Both the position numbers and the translations under genes were made by a program. From assembly GCF_001194135.2 (NCBI RefSeq), contig NC_068986.1, forward strand, positions 102,727,777 to 102,761,745: a stretch of DNA of 33,969 bases, in the 5' to 3' direction. Within the stretch, counting starts at the first letter, position 1; each line of letters begins with the position of its first letter. Shown here piece by piece: positions 11,303 to 22,630 of the stretch. The notes beneath the pieces are model-generated. The model was not told the origin of the DNA. It did no database searches and saw only the letters and a list, made by a program, of their open reading frames with translations. Source of the stretch: Octopus bimaculoides. Taxonomy: Eukaryota.

Positions 11303-13376
11303 ATATATACATGAGAGTGTGTGCGCGCGTCTGTTTGTGTGTATGTTAAGCAGAGGACAATGGTGCAGAAAAATTTGGCTGCGCGTGCACAGGCTTCAGA
11401 ACGAATGCTTGGGAAGAGAAAGTATGATAAGCGTCGAAGTTGATTTCGGTTGAGTTATTTAAATAATTAGAACAAATACCTCAAGGTATTGCCACGATGA
11501 CCGAAATACCCTGTCACTATTATATAATTTCAAAACGTATTTCATACCTACATAAACACTATGACTTATTGTGTCTGAAACATAATAAATTCTCGATATA
11601 ATCATTCAAACTTTACACACCGTTTGGTTTCCTCCGTATCAAAATATTTAGTTTTTGTCCATTTCTTATTTATTTATTTCCAAAATGCTCACAGTTATTC
11701 GGTCTACTAATAGCCACACTTTTTTCTAAATATATTTTCTTTTATATACTCACGCTGNNNNNNNNNNNNNNNNNNNNNNNNNNNNNNNNNNNNNNNNNNN
11801 NNNNNNNNNNNNNNNNNNNNNNNNNNNNNNNNNNNNNNNNNNNNNNNNNNNNNNNNNNNNNNNNNNNNNNNNNNNNNNNNNNNNNNNNNNNNNNNNNNNN
11901 NNNNNNNNNNNNNNNNNNNNNNNNNNNNNNNNNNNNNNNNNNNNNNNNNNNNNNNNNNNNNNNNNNNNNNNNNNNNNNNNNNNNNNNNNNNNNNNNNNNN
12001 NNNNNNNNNNNNNNNNNNNNNNNNNNNNNNNNNNNNNNNNNNNNNNNNNNNNNNNNNNNNNNNNNNNNNNNNNNNNNNNNNNNNNNNNNNNNNNNNNNNN
12101 NNNNNNNNNNNNNNNNNNNNNNNNNNNNNNNNNNNNNNNNNNNNNNNNNNNNNNNNNNNNNNNNNNNNNNNNNNNNNNNNNNNNNNNNNNNNNNNNNNNN
12201 NNNNNNNNNNNNNNNNNNNNNNNNNNNNNNNNNNNNNNNNNNNNNNNNNNNNNNNNNNNNNNNNNNNNNNNNNNNNNNNNNNNNNNNNNNNNNNNNNNNN
12301 NNNNNNNNNNNNNNNNNNNNNNNNNNNNNNNNNNNNNNNNNNNNNNNNNNNNNNNNNNNNNNNNNNNNNNNNNNNNNNNNNNNNNNNNNNNNNNNNNNNN
12401 NNNNNNNNNNNNNNNNNNNNNNNNNNNNNNNNNNNNNNNNNNNNNNNNNNNNNNNNNNNNNNNNNNNNNNNNNNNNNNNNNNNNNNNNNNNNNNNNNNNN
12501 NNNNNNNNNNNNNNNNNNNNNNNNNNNNNNNNNNNNNNNNNNNNNNNNNNNNNNNNNNNNNNNNNNNNNNNNNNNNNNNNNNNNNNNNNNNNNNNNNNNN
12601 NNNNNNNNNNNNNNNNNNNNNNNNNNNNNNNNNNNNNNNNNNNNNNNNNNNNNNNNNNNNNNNNNNNNNNNNNNNNNNNNNNNNNNNNNNNNNNTATATA
12701 AGTATATAAACATATATGTGTGTGGGTGCATATATATGAATGTGCATGTATATATGTATATACATGTATATCTGTATGTGCATATGTGTATGATTGTGTG
12801 TGTACCTGCGTGTGTTTGTTGGACTTGTTTAACAAGCAATTTCATATATCACGCATTCCTTCTTAACTACATCATGGCGTGTCCTCACTGTCGCTTGTGC
12901 CCTTAAATGATGAGATGCAGATACATGCTAGATACTACAGGCCTCAGCTGTTTGCTTTTATTCAGTATATATTTCCATCTTCTATTTATTTGCTTTCGAT
13001 TCCTTTCTGCTATTCGCTTATATATAACTCAGCTATATTCAACTATTTGGCTGGTGCTATTTAAGTCATCATGTCCCTTAACGTGAATGACATATTAGTT
13101 GAATATTAGACGCATTAAAAATTTGTAAAGCACGCAGACAGAAAAGTAAAAGGACGACTACATCTCATACAATCTATATGTTTTCGTGACTTTCGATATG
13201 TATAAAGTGAAGTCGTTTCTGTTATCATGTAGCGGATGTGGAACTATGCTTATTAACTGTTTTTGAAGAAAACTATATGTAATGTGGAATAAAAAAATTG
13301 CGCCTGCTTTTGATAGCTTCAATTCATTATTTGTTTGTATGTGCGTTATACAAATATATCAATGTATTATGCATGC

Positions 13377-13412
<36 letters not shown>

Positions 13413-14980
13413 NNNNNNNNNNNNNNNNNNNNNNNNNNNNNNNNNNNNNNNNNNNNNNNNNNNNNNNNNNNNNNNNNNNNNNNNNNNNNNNNNNNNNNNN
13501 NNNNNNNNNNNNNNNNNNNNNNNNNNNNNNNNNNNNNNNNNNNNNNNNNNNNNNNNNNNNNNNNNNNNNNNNNNNNNNNNNNNNNNNNNNNNNNNNNNNN
13601 NNNNNNNNNNNNNNNNNNNNNNNNNNNNNNNNNNNNNNNNNNNNNNNNNNNNNNNNNNNNNNNNNNNNNNNNNNNNNNNNNNNNNNNNNNNNNNNNNNNN
13701 NNNNNNNNNNNNNNNNNNNNNNNNNNNNNNNNNNNNNNNNNNNNNNNNNNNNNNNNNNNNNNNNNNNNNNNNNNNNNNNNNNNNNNNNNNNNNNNNNNNN
13801 NNNNNNNNNNNNNNNNNNNNNNNNNNNNNNNNNNNNNNNNNNNNNNNNNNNNNNNNNNNNNNNNNNNNNNNNNNNNNNNNNNNNNNNNNNNNNNNNNNNN
13901 NNNNNNNNNNNNNNNNNNNNNNNNNNNNNNNNNNNNNNNNNNNNNNNNNNNNNNNNNNNNNNNNNNNNNNNNNNNNNNNNNNNNNNNNNNNNNNNNNNNN
14001 NNNNNNNNNNNNNNNNNNNNNNNNNNNNNNNNNNNNNNNNNNNNNNNNNNNNNNNNNNNNNNNNNNNNNNNNNNNNNNNNNNNNNNNNNNNNNNNNNNNN
14101 NNNNNNNNNNNNNNNNNNNNNNNNNNNNNNNNNNNNNNNNNNNNNNNNNNNNNNNNNNNNNNNNNNNNNNNNNNNNNNNNNNNNNNNNNNNNNNNNNNNN
14201 NNNNNNNNNNNATATATATATATATATATACGTATATGTACAAACAAACACATGCTCGCATACACACGCACACACATATGCATATATATGTGCAAACATA
14301 TACATATATTTATATATATATATATTATATATACATACATGCATGCACACAACCACACATATATACTTACACACGTACATACATACACACTTGTGTTTAT
14401 TAGTAAGGGATTTGGCTTTTAGCTATGAGAGTATGGAAGCGTAGCTTCCTTTTCAAACTATGTTGAATATTACAAAGTGATAACACAATATGTAAAGCTA
14501 AAAAAAAATGAGATATAACAAAAATTTCAGCCCCTTCATACATTAACGTGGGAAATTCTTAACTGCTTTTTGGACTGCTTCATGGAACAGCAATCTACAT
14601 AGATCCCTGAAATGGCATGAGAAGAAAACATTAACCAGTTTAAGCAATGGACTTCGAAATGTGTAAGCACTGCAGAAATATCAACATGTGAAATTTACTG
14701 CTCGGTCCCTCAGCAGTTGGTTTTAATTTTTTCTAATCATAATTTTGAAAGCCATTCTGAATCTTATGTTAGGCTTTGTGTGAGCTAATTTAGACCTGCT
14801 AACTGGCCTCGTGTAAAGTTCTTAAACATATTATTTTGTCATCTGATATAATTATACTTTATGTGTTCAAAATTTCCTGGCCCTAAGGGTATCGCGAAAG
14901 ACCTGGTTGGAGGCCCAACCCACTAAGTTCTTTTACAGAGCTTAAATAAACGGAAGGATCGATGCAATGTGTAAATCTAA

Positions 14981-15195
14981 GGCGGCGAGCTGGCAGAATC
15001 GTTAGCACTCCGGGCGAAATGCTTAGAAGGTATTGCGTCTGTCTTTACGTTCTGAGTTCTAATTTCGCTGAGGTTGACTTTGCCTTTCATCCGTTCAGGG
15101 TCGATAAACTAACTACCAGTTGCGTACTGATGTCGATCTAATCGACTAGCCCCCTTCCCCACAATTTCGGGCCTTGTGCCTAGAGTATATAAGAT
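14981..15195 (+). mobile_element. tRNA-derived SINE, family A (best-preserved copy)
   Basis: A-box TGGCAGAATCG, B-box-like GAGTTCTAATTTC and central GCCTTTCATCCGTTCAGGGTCGATAAAC...TACCAG block (resembles the Meta-type SINE central domain; inference). Possible degenerate TSD ATGTG(T)AATCT at 14967 and 15201. Confidence 0.85.
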
Positions 15196-15893
15196 TAAGC
15201 ATGTGAATCTGATAGGGGAATATGCTGAATATAATCATAATTGTTTGATCCTCCAGTATATTCATTTATCCAGCAGCACCTCATAGTCGATGTTTATCTT
15301 GATATAAGAGCAAATGGACTTTTGGACTACAATAAACCATTGGCTTCTATCAGCATATATCCGAAAACTTAAAACGCTATTGGTTGGTTGCCTCATTCTG
15401 TGCATCTCTGCTCTAGTAGAGCGTAATGATTTCAATTTTCTAATTGAAGAAAAAAAGAAGTGATGTACATTTTTCAATTGCGTACGGTCACGATCGACGT
15501 TAAACTCCAACATATTATATACTTCAATACAATAGCCATAAATGAGAACGTATTTATGTGAGGATAAATTGATTGAAAGGAGCTCACAGGTCGAAATATT
15601 TAGAATCATATTTGGCTGAAATCGAAACCTTCTATATAGCATTCTAATTTTCTACGATTGTTTCTCCATGTAAAATACAAATGACATCATTCATAAAAAC
15701 ATTACATAACTTTTATGTGAAAATATTTAATTAATTAATTTGAATCAGATTAATTATCCGTTAGAACAGGAAACATATTCGAAATAGTTCAGCTTTATTT
15801 CCTGACAAATCGGTTTTGCTCGTCGCGTTAAAATTAATCAAGTAAAAGAGACCGAGGGCAACAGCGTCACCTCTGCATGTGCCCGCATTCCAG

Positions 15894-16254
15894 GGGCAAA
15901 TCGCTGTGACGAACGATGGTATGCTGAGTGTATTTATGTTTTATGTGAACTGAACACATACTTATTGAATGCTGAAAGACTGATATATCCATTCACTAAA
16001 CAGGCAACTCGCTTGAAGGACTGGATCTACGTCGTGGAGGGTAAAGAAAATCCATTCATCCGTATTTATGCGTTCATGTGTGCATGTGCGCGTGTGTGGG
16101 CGTGTGCGCATTCTTACATGTTCTATAAACAGAGAATTGTTTCTTAATAATTTTAACTGTATTCTTGTCGAGTAAGATGATGCTCGTTTCATCTCAAATA
16201 CGCAGGTTTTCTTCCTTCCAGGTTGAAAATGAATGTAAAAGGCTGCTGTAGATA
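15894..16254 (+). CDS. Candidate cluster of three micro-exons (15894-15918, 16004-16040, 16206 or 16222-16254) of an unidentified gene
   Basis: Splice signals: TTCCAG|GGG, ATG|GTATGC, 85-nt intron ending CTGAT...CACTAAACAG|, GAGG|GTAAAG, then CGCAG| or TCTTCCTTCCAG|. Spliced frames stay open: GQIAVTNDGNSLEGLDLRRGGLKMNVKGCCR* or MATRLKDWIYVVEGFLPSRLKMNVKGCCR*. No homolog recognised. Confidence 0.4.
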
Positions 16255-16935
16255 AGTGTAATAGTGTGCCGCAGATAAGATATCATGCATAATGCATGTA
16301 TATATATATATATATATATATATATNNNNNNNNNNNNNNNNNNNNNNNNNNNNNNNNNNNNNNNNNNNNNNNNNNNNNNNNNNNNNNNNNNNNNNNNNNN
16401 NNNNNNNNNNNNNNNNNNNNNNNNNNNNNNNNNNNNNNNNNNNNNNNNNNNNNNNNNNNNNNNNNNNNNNNNNNNNNNNNNNNNNNNNNNNNNNNNNNNN
16501 NNNNNNNNNNNNNNNNNNNNNNNNNNNNNNNNNNNNNNNNNNNNNNNNNNNNNNNNNNNNNNNNNNNNNNNNNNNNNNNNNNNNNNNNNNNNNNNNNNNN
16601 NNNNNNNNNNNNNNNNNNNNNNNNNNNNNNNNNNNNNNNNNNNNNNNNNNNNNNNNNNNNNNNNNNNNNNNNNNNNNNNNNNNNNNNNNNNNNNNNNNNN
16701 NNNNNNNNNNNNNNNNNNNNNNNNNNNNNNNNNNNNNNNNNNNNNNNNNNNNNNNNNNNNNNNNNNNNNNNNNNNNNNNNNNNNNNNNNNNNNNNNNNNN
16801 NNNNNNNNNNNNNNNNNNNNNNNNNNNNNNNNNNNNNNNNNNNNNNNNNNNNNNNNNNNNNNNNNNNNNNNNNNNNNNNNNNNNNNNNNNNNNNNNNNNN
16901 NNNNNNNNNNNNNNNNNNNNNNNNNNNNNNNNNNN

Positions 16936-16970
<35 letters not shown>

Positions 16971-16971
<1 letters not shown>

Positions 16972-17018
16972 GACGGGCTTCTTTCAGATTCCATCTACCA
17001 AATCCACTCAGAAGTCTT
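16971..17018 (-). mobile_element. SINE family B internal fragment
   Basis: CGACGGGCTTCTTTCAGATTCCATCTACCAAATCCACTCA matches ~3327-3366 and follows (TA)n as in that copy. Confidence 0.7.
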
Positions 17019-17137
17019 GTGTATACGTACAATGTATATAATAACGAACACACCATGCACAAGATATGTGTTTTGTTACTTCGTGGGTAGGCTGCACTTA
17101 TAGTCGTGTGAGAATATATCCTCATTAATGCACTTGA

Positions 17138-17339
17138 TGTTAAAACTCCTGGAATTCATACACAAGCGAAATAACCCACACTAGATCAATTCAGGAGCCA
17201 CGGACAAAGATTTTGCGTCAACATTGTGACGATGATAAGTATAATGTCACAATAATGATGAGACATTGATGTCTATCTCTCCTGAATGGGACCTAGTGCG
17301 AGTTATCTCGCTTGTGTATGACTTCCAGGTGTTTTAACA
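17138..17339. mobile_element. MITE-like element with ~60-bp terminal inverted repeats
   Basis: Left arm TGTTAAAACTCCTGGAATTCATACACAAGCGAAATAACCCACACTAGATCAATTCAGGAG; the right arm reverse complement is TGTTAAAACACCTGGAAGTCATACACAAGCGAGATAACTCGCACTAGGTCCCATTCAGGAG. Internal IR ATTGTGAC/GTCACAAT. No clear TSD. Confidence 0.75.
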
Positions 17340-18859
17340 CTTCTCATTTATTGTATTTGAGATGTGTGTCAGTTGAGGGTAGATATGTAAAGGTTACTAG
17401 AATGATTCGAGAGATATTGATTTAGATGTAAAGCCTGTACATTTGTACTTATTCTTTGAGAAAATGATCGATCGATCCTACCCCAAGTTGTTGGTATGCA
17501 AAGTAATTTCTATTCTTATTGCAAATTTATGCAATGAAATATTAAAGAGCAGTATGCTAAAGGATGTATTGAATTTTGGCGTTCGCAATAGTTGCTATAA
17601 TATTTTAATGCAACGCGCTCGATAATATCAAATCACCATTCGCATATATTTCAATGATGATACCCATGCGAGTAACCCTTTGTTACACTGGTGGGGCCTT
17701 TAACGAAACGTCAAATATCACAACATGTGGTTTTTGTTTTTAAGTTTCAATAGTGTGATGTTAATATAAAGGAATAACATAGAAAAAATTCTAGGCAGAG
17801 AGGACTGAAACATATGAAGCAATTCGTTCAAAGAGACTGCCTTTCGACCAAGAATGTTAGAAAAAAAACATTTCTATTTAAAGTACAATTTCAACGTGAG
17901 TTCTGTGGTGAATTTGTATTCGAAATATGTCTTTTAAGCACACCAACATGAGAAATTGCTCAAGGCATAGTAAAACTCTTCAAATAAAAAATCAATACGA
18001 ATAAATCAATATGGTGAGAAAAAATTACATGATGCAATACCATTACCTGCTCGAGGCAAGATATTACTAAAAAAAAAAGGTAATTTTCAATGTTTAACAA
18101 TGGAGAAGCATCACAAACATTATGTAGCCAAGAGCGAAGTGAATATATTTTCATATTAGTAGTCCATCACACACACACTAAAAAAAAACATCTAATTAAA
18201 AAAAGGTAGAAGTAAAATAATGGAGGAAAACAAGAGCACTCGAATCCTGACAGTTTTCTGACACATTTCAAATGGTTTTAATGAAAGAAAATATCAGGTA
18301 GATTGACCTAAGTATGACGTTGTGTAGGATTAGCACAAGCTTATTCTGACTGAGTCTTGTGCATGTGTTAGAAATATATAAAAAAAAGCGTGAGTAAAAG
18401 AAATTAGAATATTGAATCTGTCATGGTGGTGCATTAGTTTCCTATTTCAATATCTCAGATTAGTTCTATATTTTGTGATGTTTCTATTTATTTATAGTTT
18501 CTATTTACACTTTCTTTTCCATGCAATCGAAGATAACTTTATATTTCGTATGACGCAAACATAGTTGCAGAATATTCTTTCAATTGAATTCCATTTAATA
18601 TTTGCAGTTGTTATTCTTGTATAACATCACAGTGACCCGGACTAAACAGAGCATCAGAACTGTTCCAGGCGTGGTCAATGCATCTAATGCATGTCAACAC
18701 TAGATTGTTTTATAGTATCGTCCCTTCTTTAAACTGGTTGATGGAGATTTTCGCGTGACGTAGGTGCTTCGTCTCGCTAGTCAAGCAGTCATTAGAATGT
18801 TTGAGTTGCAAGTGAAATTTCATTTACTTTCTGTAACTAATTCTACCTACTTATGACTT

Positions 18860-19230
18860 GATATCATCCACAAGAGTGGACATTGCTTTGGTCTCAATTT
18901 CCTCAAAACAAATTATTCCGATTGAACTGTTTCATATAAGAAAATGGAGCAAGATTCCTTCTACAAACTGAAAGTTATGAATTTAGCAACCTGACTGAGA
19001 GAATATGGTATCTAAGCCAAGTTCCTAGCATTATAGGTGACTGCGAGAAGGCTTGTGGGCAAATCTGCTTATGATTTCATGAAACGAATCTCACTTTCTA
19101 TGAGAAAGAGAACCAGATTTCTTAATGCAATGATTGAGGCGTCCCTAGCCACGGATAAATAGAAATGAATTTCCGAAAGCATAACTTATGCAGCAATCAA
19201 CCGGTGTCTTAGACTGAACTGGCACTGCTG
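18860..19230 (+). mobile_element. Fossil restriction-like-endonuclease (RLE) non-LTR retrotransposon C-terminus, HERO/NeSL-like
   Basis: Hand translation across one frameshift and several stops gives RVDIALVSISSKQIIPIEL / VSYKKMEQDSFYKLKVMNLAT*LREYGI*AKFLAL*VTARRLVGKSAYDFMKRISLSMRKRTRFLNAMIEA. This matches the RPD-x-IEL-x-K-x-L...EVGARG RLE layout. Confidence 0.65.
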
Positions 19231-19898
19231 CTCTTCAGCCATCCAGATTGATTTCAATTTACCTTAACCATCCAGGATATGTGCAATGCTGACCATGAGA
19301 TGAACAGTAGATCAAATTCGATGAAAAATGCATTTGATCTATTTTGATCTAGTGGACGGTTGATCGAAATTGACAACGGTCATTTTGTCTAAACGGCATA
19401 TACATATTACCTGTTTATATAAATTTAAATGGGCAATCAATTGAAACATGAAAGTATATCAATCAATCGTTCAACGTATTTGCCTTAAAATAAGTATTGA
19501 ACTAAACTTTATTTAATTTCCTGGTTACCGCCCTGGATTTAAACAGTAGCGCGTTCATAATTTATAACATGCCACTTGAATATTCAAGAACCCAATGAAC
19601 AACATAAGTAGAAGCATTAAGATAAGAAATCTACGATAGGCGAGCTATTTATGATGAACCAATTGTAGCTTTCTCGATCAATGATAAAACCCACTCCCTC
19701 GCAAAAAAGAATAATGCCGTGATTTCACTGAGTACCTAAAGTCGTAAATAGCATGATTCGAGCTTTGGTAGTAATATCTGCAGCACTTACATGTGATGAA
19801 ATAACACGACATTTCATTTCATTGAAGCCGGTCTCATGAACACTACAACAAAGTGTAACTACATCCTCCATAAAGCTCTAAGTTTGAGTATTACTGTC

Positions 19899-20207
19899 AT
19901 TTTTTTAATTTCATGCGCCACTTTTCAAGCCTAGCAAGGCTCATGGGCCCGGTTTTCCGGTTTCTACGGCGTATGTTTTCCCCCCAGCTCGATGGGACGC
20001 CAGTCTATCGCAGCGTTACTCAAGAAACAGAAAGGAAGAGTGAGTGAAAGTTGGGGCGAAAGAGTACAACAGGGGTTTCCACCACCCCCTGCTGAAATCT
20101 CGTGGAGCTTTAGGTGTTTTCGCTCAATAAACGCACACATCACCCGGTGTGGGAATCGAAACCGCAATCTTCCGACGGCAAGTCCGCTGCCCTAACCACT
20201 GGGCCAC
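19899..20207 (-). mobile_element. tRNA-derived SINE, family C, tail type 1, TSD-flanked
   Basis: A-box TGGCCCAGTGG, B-box GGTTTCGATTCCC and an A-rich 3' end. A 9-bp TSD, ATTACTGTC, lies at 19890-19898 and 20208-20216. Confidence 0.88.
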
Positions 20208-20430
20208 ATTACTGTCTTTACCCTTTCCAAAAAAAAAATACACTTGTCATATTTCTGCATTCATTATATGATTAAAACCTGTACAGGTTAAAGTAGCACT
20301 TCTGTTGTCCCCCAAAATATCTGATATTATGGGTCACAAGATCGTAATATGATATCGGGATAAAATGTAAGATGGACCATATTTTGATGATCGATATTAG
20401 ATAATAGCATCCAGGTATGTAAATATGGAT

Positions 20431-20680
20431 GGCGGCCAAGAGAATCGTTACCGTAGGGGAAAGTGCCTACGCTACATAGTGGAAAGTGCCTACGCTACGT
20501 AGTGGAAAGTGCCTACGTTACGTAGGGGAAAGTATTTTGAGTTCAAAACCTTAGAAGGTCAACATTACCATTCATCCTCGTGTCGATAAAGCAATGTATT
20601 GGTCATGTCCTGTGGTCAATGATATTGACTAAGTAAATGGACTCAAGATTCCTGGCCTTGTGTCAAAAAGTAGAAACTCT
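20431..20680 (+). mobile_element. Degenerate SINE family A copy carrying an internal 23-bp tandem array
   Basis: GGCGGC..AGAATCGTTA head, then the array, then GAGTTCAAAACC, CATTCATCCTCGTGTCGATAAA and the CCTGGCCTTGTGTCAAAAAGTAGAAAC tail. Confidence 0.6.
20453..20533. repeat. 23-bp minisatellite, ~3.5 copies (GTAGTGGAAAGTGCCTACGCTAC)
   Basis: Units start at 20453, 20476, 20499 and 20522. Confidence 0.93.
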
Positions 20681-20829
20681 TTTGTTATGACAAATAAGCA
20701 TAAAAAATGAGTTCTACCTTTTCATTTACCTATCTTACGACCTTCCGATCATTTCTATATCAATAGTTTCGTATCGGATGTGCAGTCATATAGAGTACTA
20801 AAAAAACATCAATCCTGTAGACGCACGGG

Positions 20830-21830
20830 GGCAATGACAGCCAAATGAATGGGTAAAATCAGTTGGAGTCAGCGTCTTAAATCGCATGTACTGTATCTAC
20901 ATTTTTCAACACACTACAAAAAGAGTTCAAAGTACATTTCATTTCATAATGCGTAAAATAGCTGATTGGATTACCCCGAAGTTGTCACAGTCTGCTCAGA
21001 AGAAATGTCTGGAAAACTACATTTAGTTGTAAACGAATTGGGAATTAAGACCGATCGACACGGAATGTCTTCCACACCTTCAGTATACAGATAACATTAT
21101 GTTCCAGTCAGAATATCCAACAAAAATTCAAACTATAATGACAAGAGAAATAATTAAATACGGAAGCAAAGCAGTAAACTGAAATAATATTCTAAGAACT
21201 GGTAAACGATTTTCCGTTATTAAATTGAATGAAACTTCTGTTCCAAAAGTAATCAACTACACTTAACGGGGAAAACTTAAACGATACAACGAAACAGGAG
21301 AAAAATACATGTCAATGATCTTGGGTTTCTGCTGACAGGATAAATTCAATGTTCAAATGCAAAATGAGGTTAAATGATGCATTTAATACCAATGCATACG
21401 CTTCCTGTTATGTCAAGGCGCAGATATATTGAATCAGACAAAACAACTTACAAAAGTGCTTACGAGAATTAATCGTTCCACAAAATGATTACGATAATAC
21501 GAATGGATTACAACACAACGAAATGTATCTGAGAAGAAGCTAATCCAAATTGTAATCATTAAGAGGAAGTTGGTGAATCACCTATCGATATCTATGGTGG
21601 ATACCATACCAGATTTTTTACATACTCTGAAGAATTTCCTGGGATGCTTCAAGTATTAGTATGGTTTCGCACGTCTTTGATTAGAATTTCATAGAAGATA
21701 AGAATAAAAAAACAAATAACTATGATGATAACAAAATTTCAAGCATCATCCCTTCATAGAGACATGTCAACGATAATGCACAGCAATGATTGTATATATT
21801 CTAAACTAGGGGTTCAAGACGTTATTAGTT
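20830..21830 (+). mobile_element. Heavily decayed non-LTR RT fragment (RTE/CR1-like)
   Basis: Remnants: EWVKSVGV.. / VSTFFNTL (GVRQG..LSP.LFN motif) at ~20845-20915, and HLQYTDNIMF (YADD motif) at 21075-21104 followed by ..IKYGSKA. Many stops and frameshifts; boundaries approximate. Confidence 0.5.
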
Positions 21831-22596
21831 ATAAAAGTATTCCTATGATATTTCAGACGTGCAGCTAAGTGAGCGAACAGGAAGACATTATTAATCTTGC
21901 TTTAACCTGAAAACGGGTTAGTGAAGGTCACGAAATTTTAATTGCTTAACAGAAAGCAATGGCTCCAAATCAAACATTAAAAATTAATAAGGAAATCTTA
22001 TTGAAAAATGTTCAATGAAAATAGGAAAACTGTTCAACGTAGGTCCTTAATTGGATCGACTATAGAATATTTATCATAAACGGTGTTTCGTTGACTAATA
22101 TTTGATTCTATATTTTCAATTCTACGAACAAACGAAAGCAAACATATTTGTTTTTCGCTAGTAGAAGCAACGGCTTCAAATTTGATATTTTAAAATTATC
22201 GTCATTTTCCTCGATATATTAGTTAGCACAACCATCTCTGTATGGTTCGAATCCTCTAGCTGGTTCAATTTAAACTACTTTAAATGATTATTTAATAATT
22301 CCACACATAATACACATTTCATTCCTGAAAACCACTAAAGCTTATTGCATCAGCTGAAAACTTTATTTTTGCCTAAGGATTGATTTTGTGAAACACGGAG
22401 TAACCGTTTCTGTAGATCTTCAATGCCAATAAAGAATTATATGCTATATTTGCTATTTAAGTATTACAGTCACCGCCTTGTTTTGCATGTATGTGCACGT
22501 GAATGTCCACCCACCCACACACACACTCACGCATACATACACACACTTAAGTATATAAATATATATATATAACAATTTCATTTTTCTTCTTAATAG

Positions 22597-22630
<34 letters not shown>

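Noticed and set aside
15262-15642. 126-aa minus-strand ORF
   Set aside because: No recognisable domain, splice context or compositional signal; compatible with chance.
4100-17125. Long ORFs of 100-374 aa containing X runs or YI/CV/HT repeats
   Set aside because: They are artefacts of N gaps and (TA)n/(TG)n microsatellites, which lack stop codons.
22244-22254. Perfect B-box GGTTCGAATCC suggesting a tRNA gene
   Set aside because: No A-box or cloverleaf; at most an eroded SINE head.
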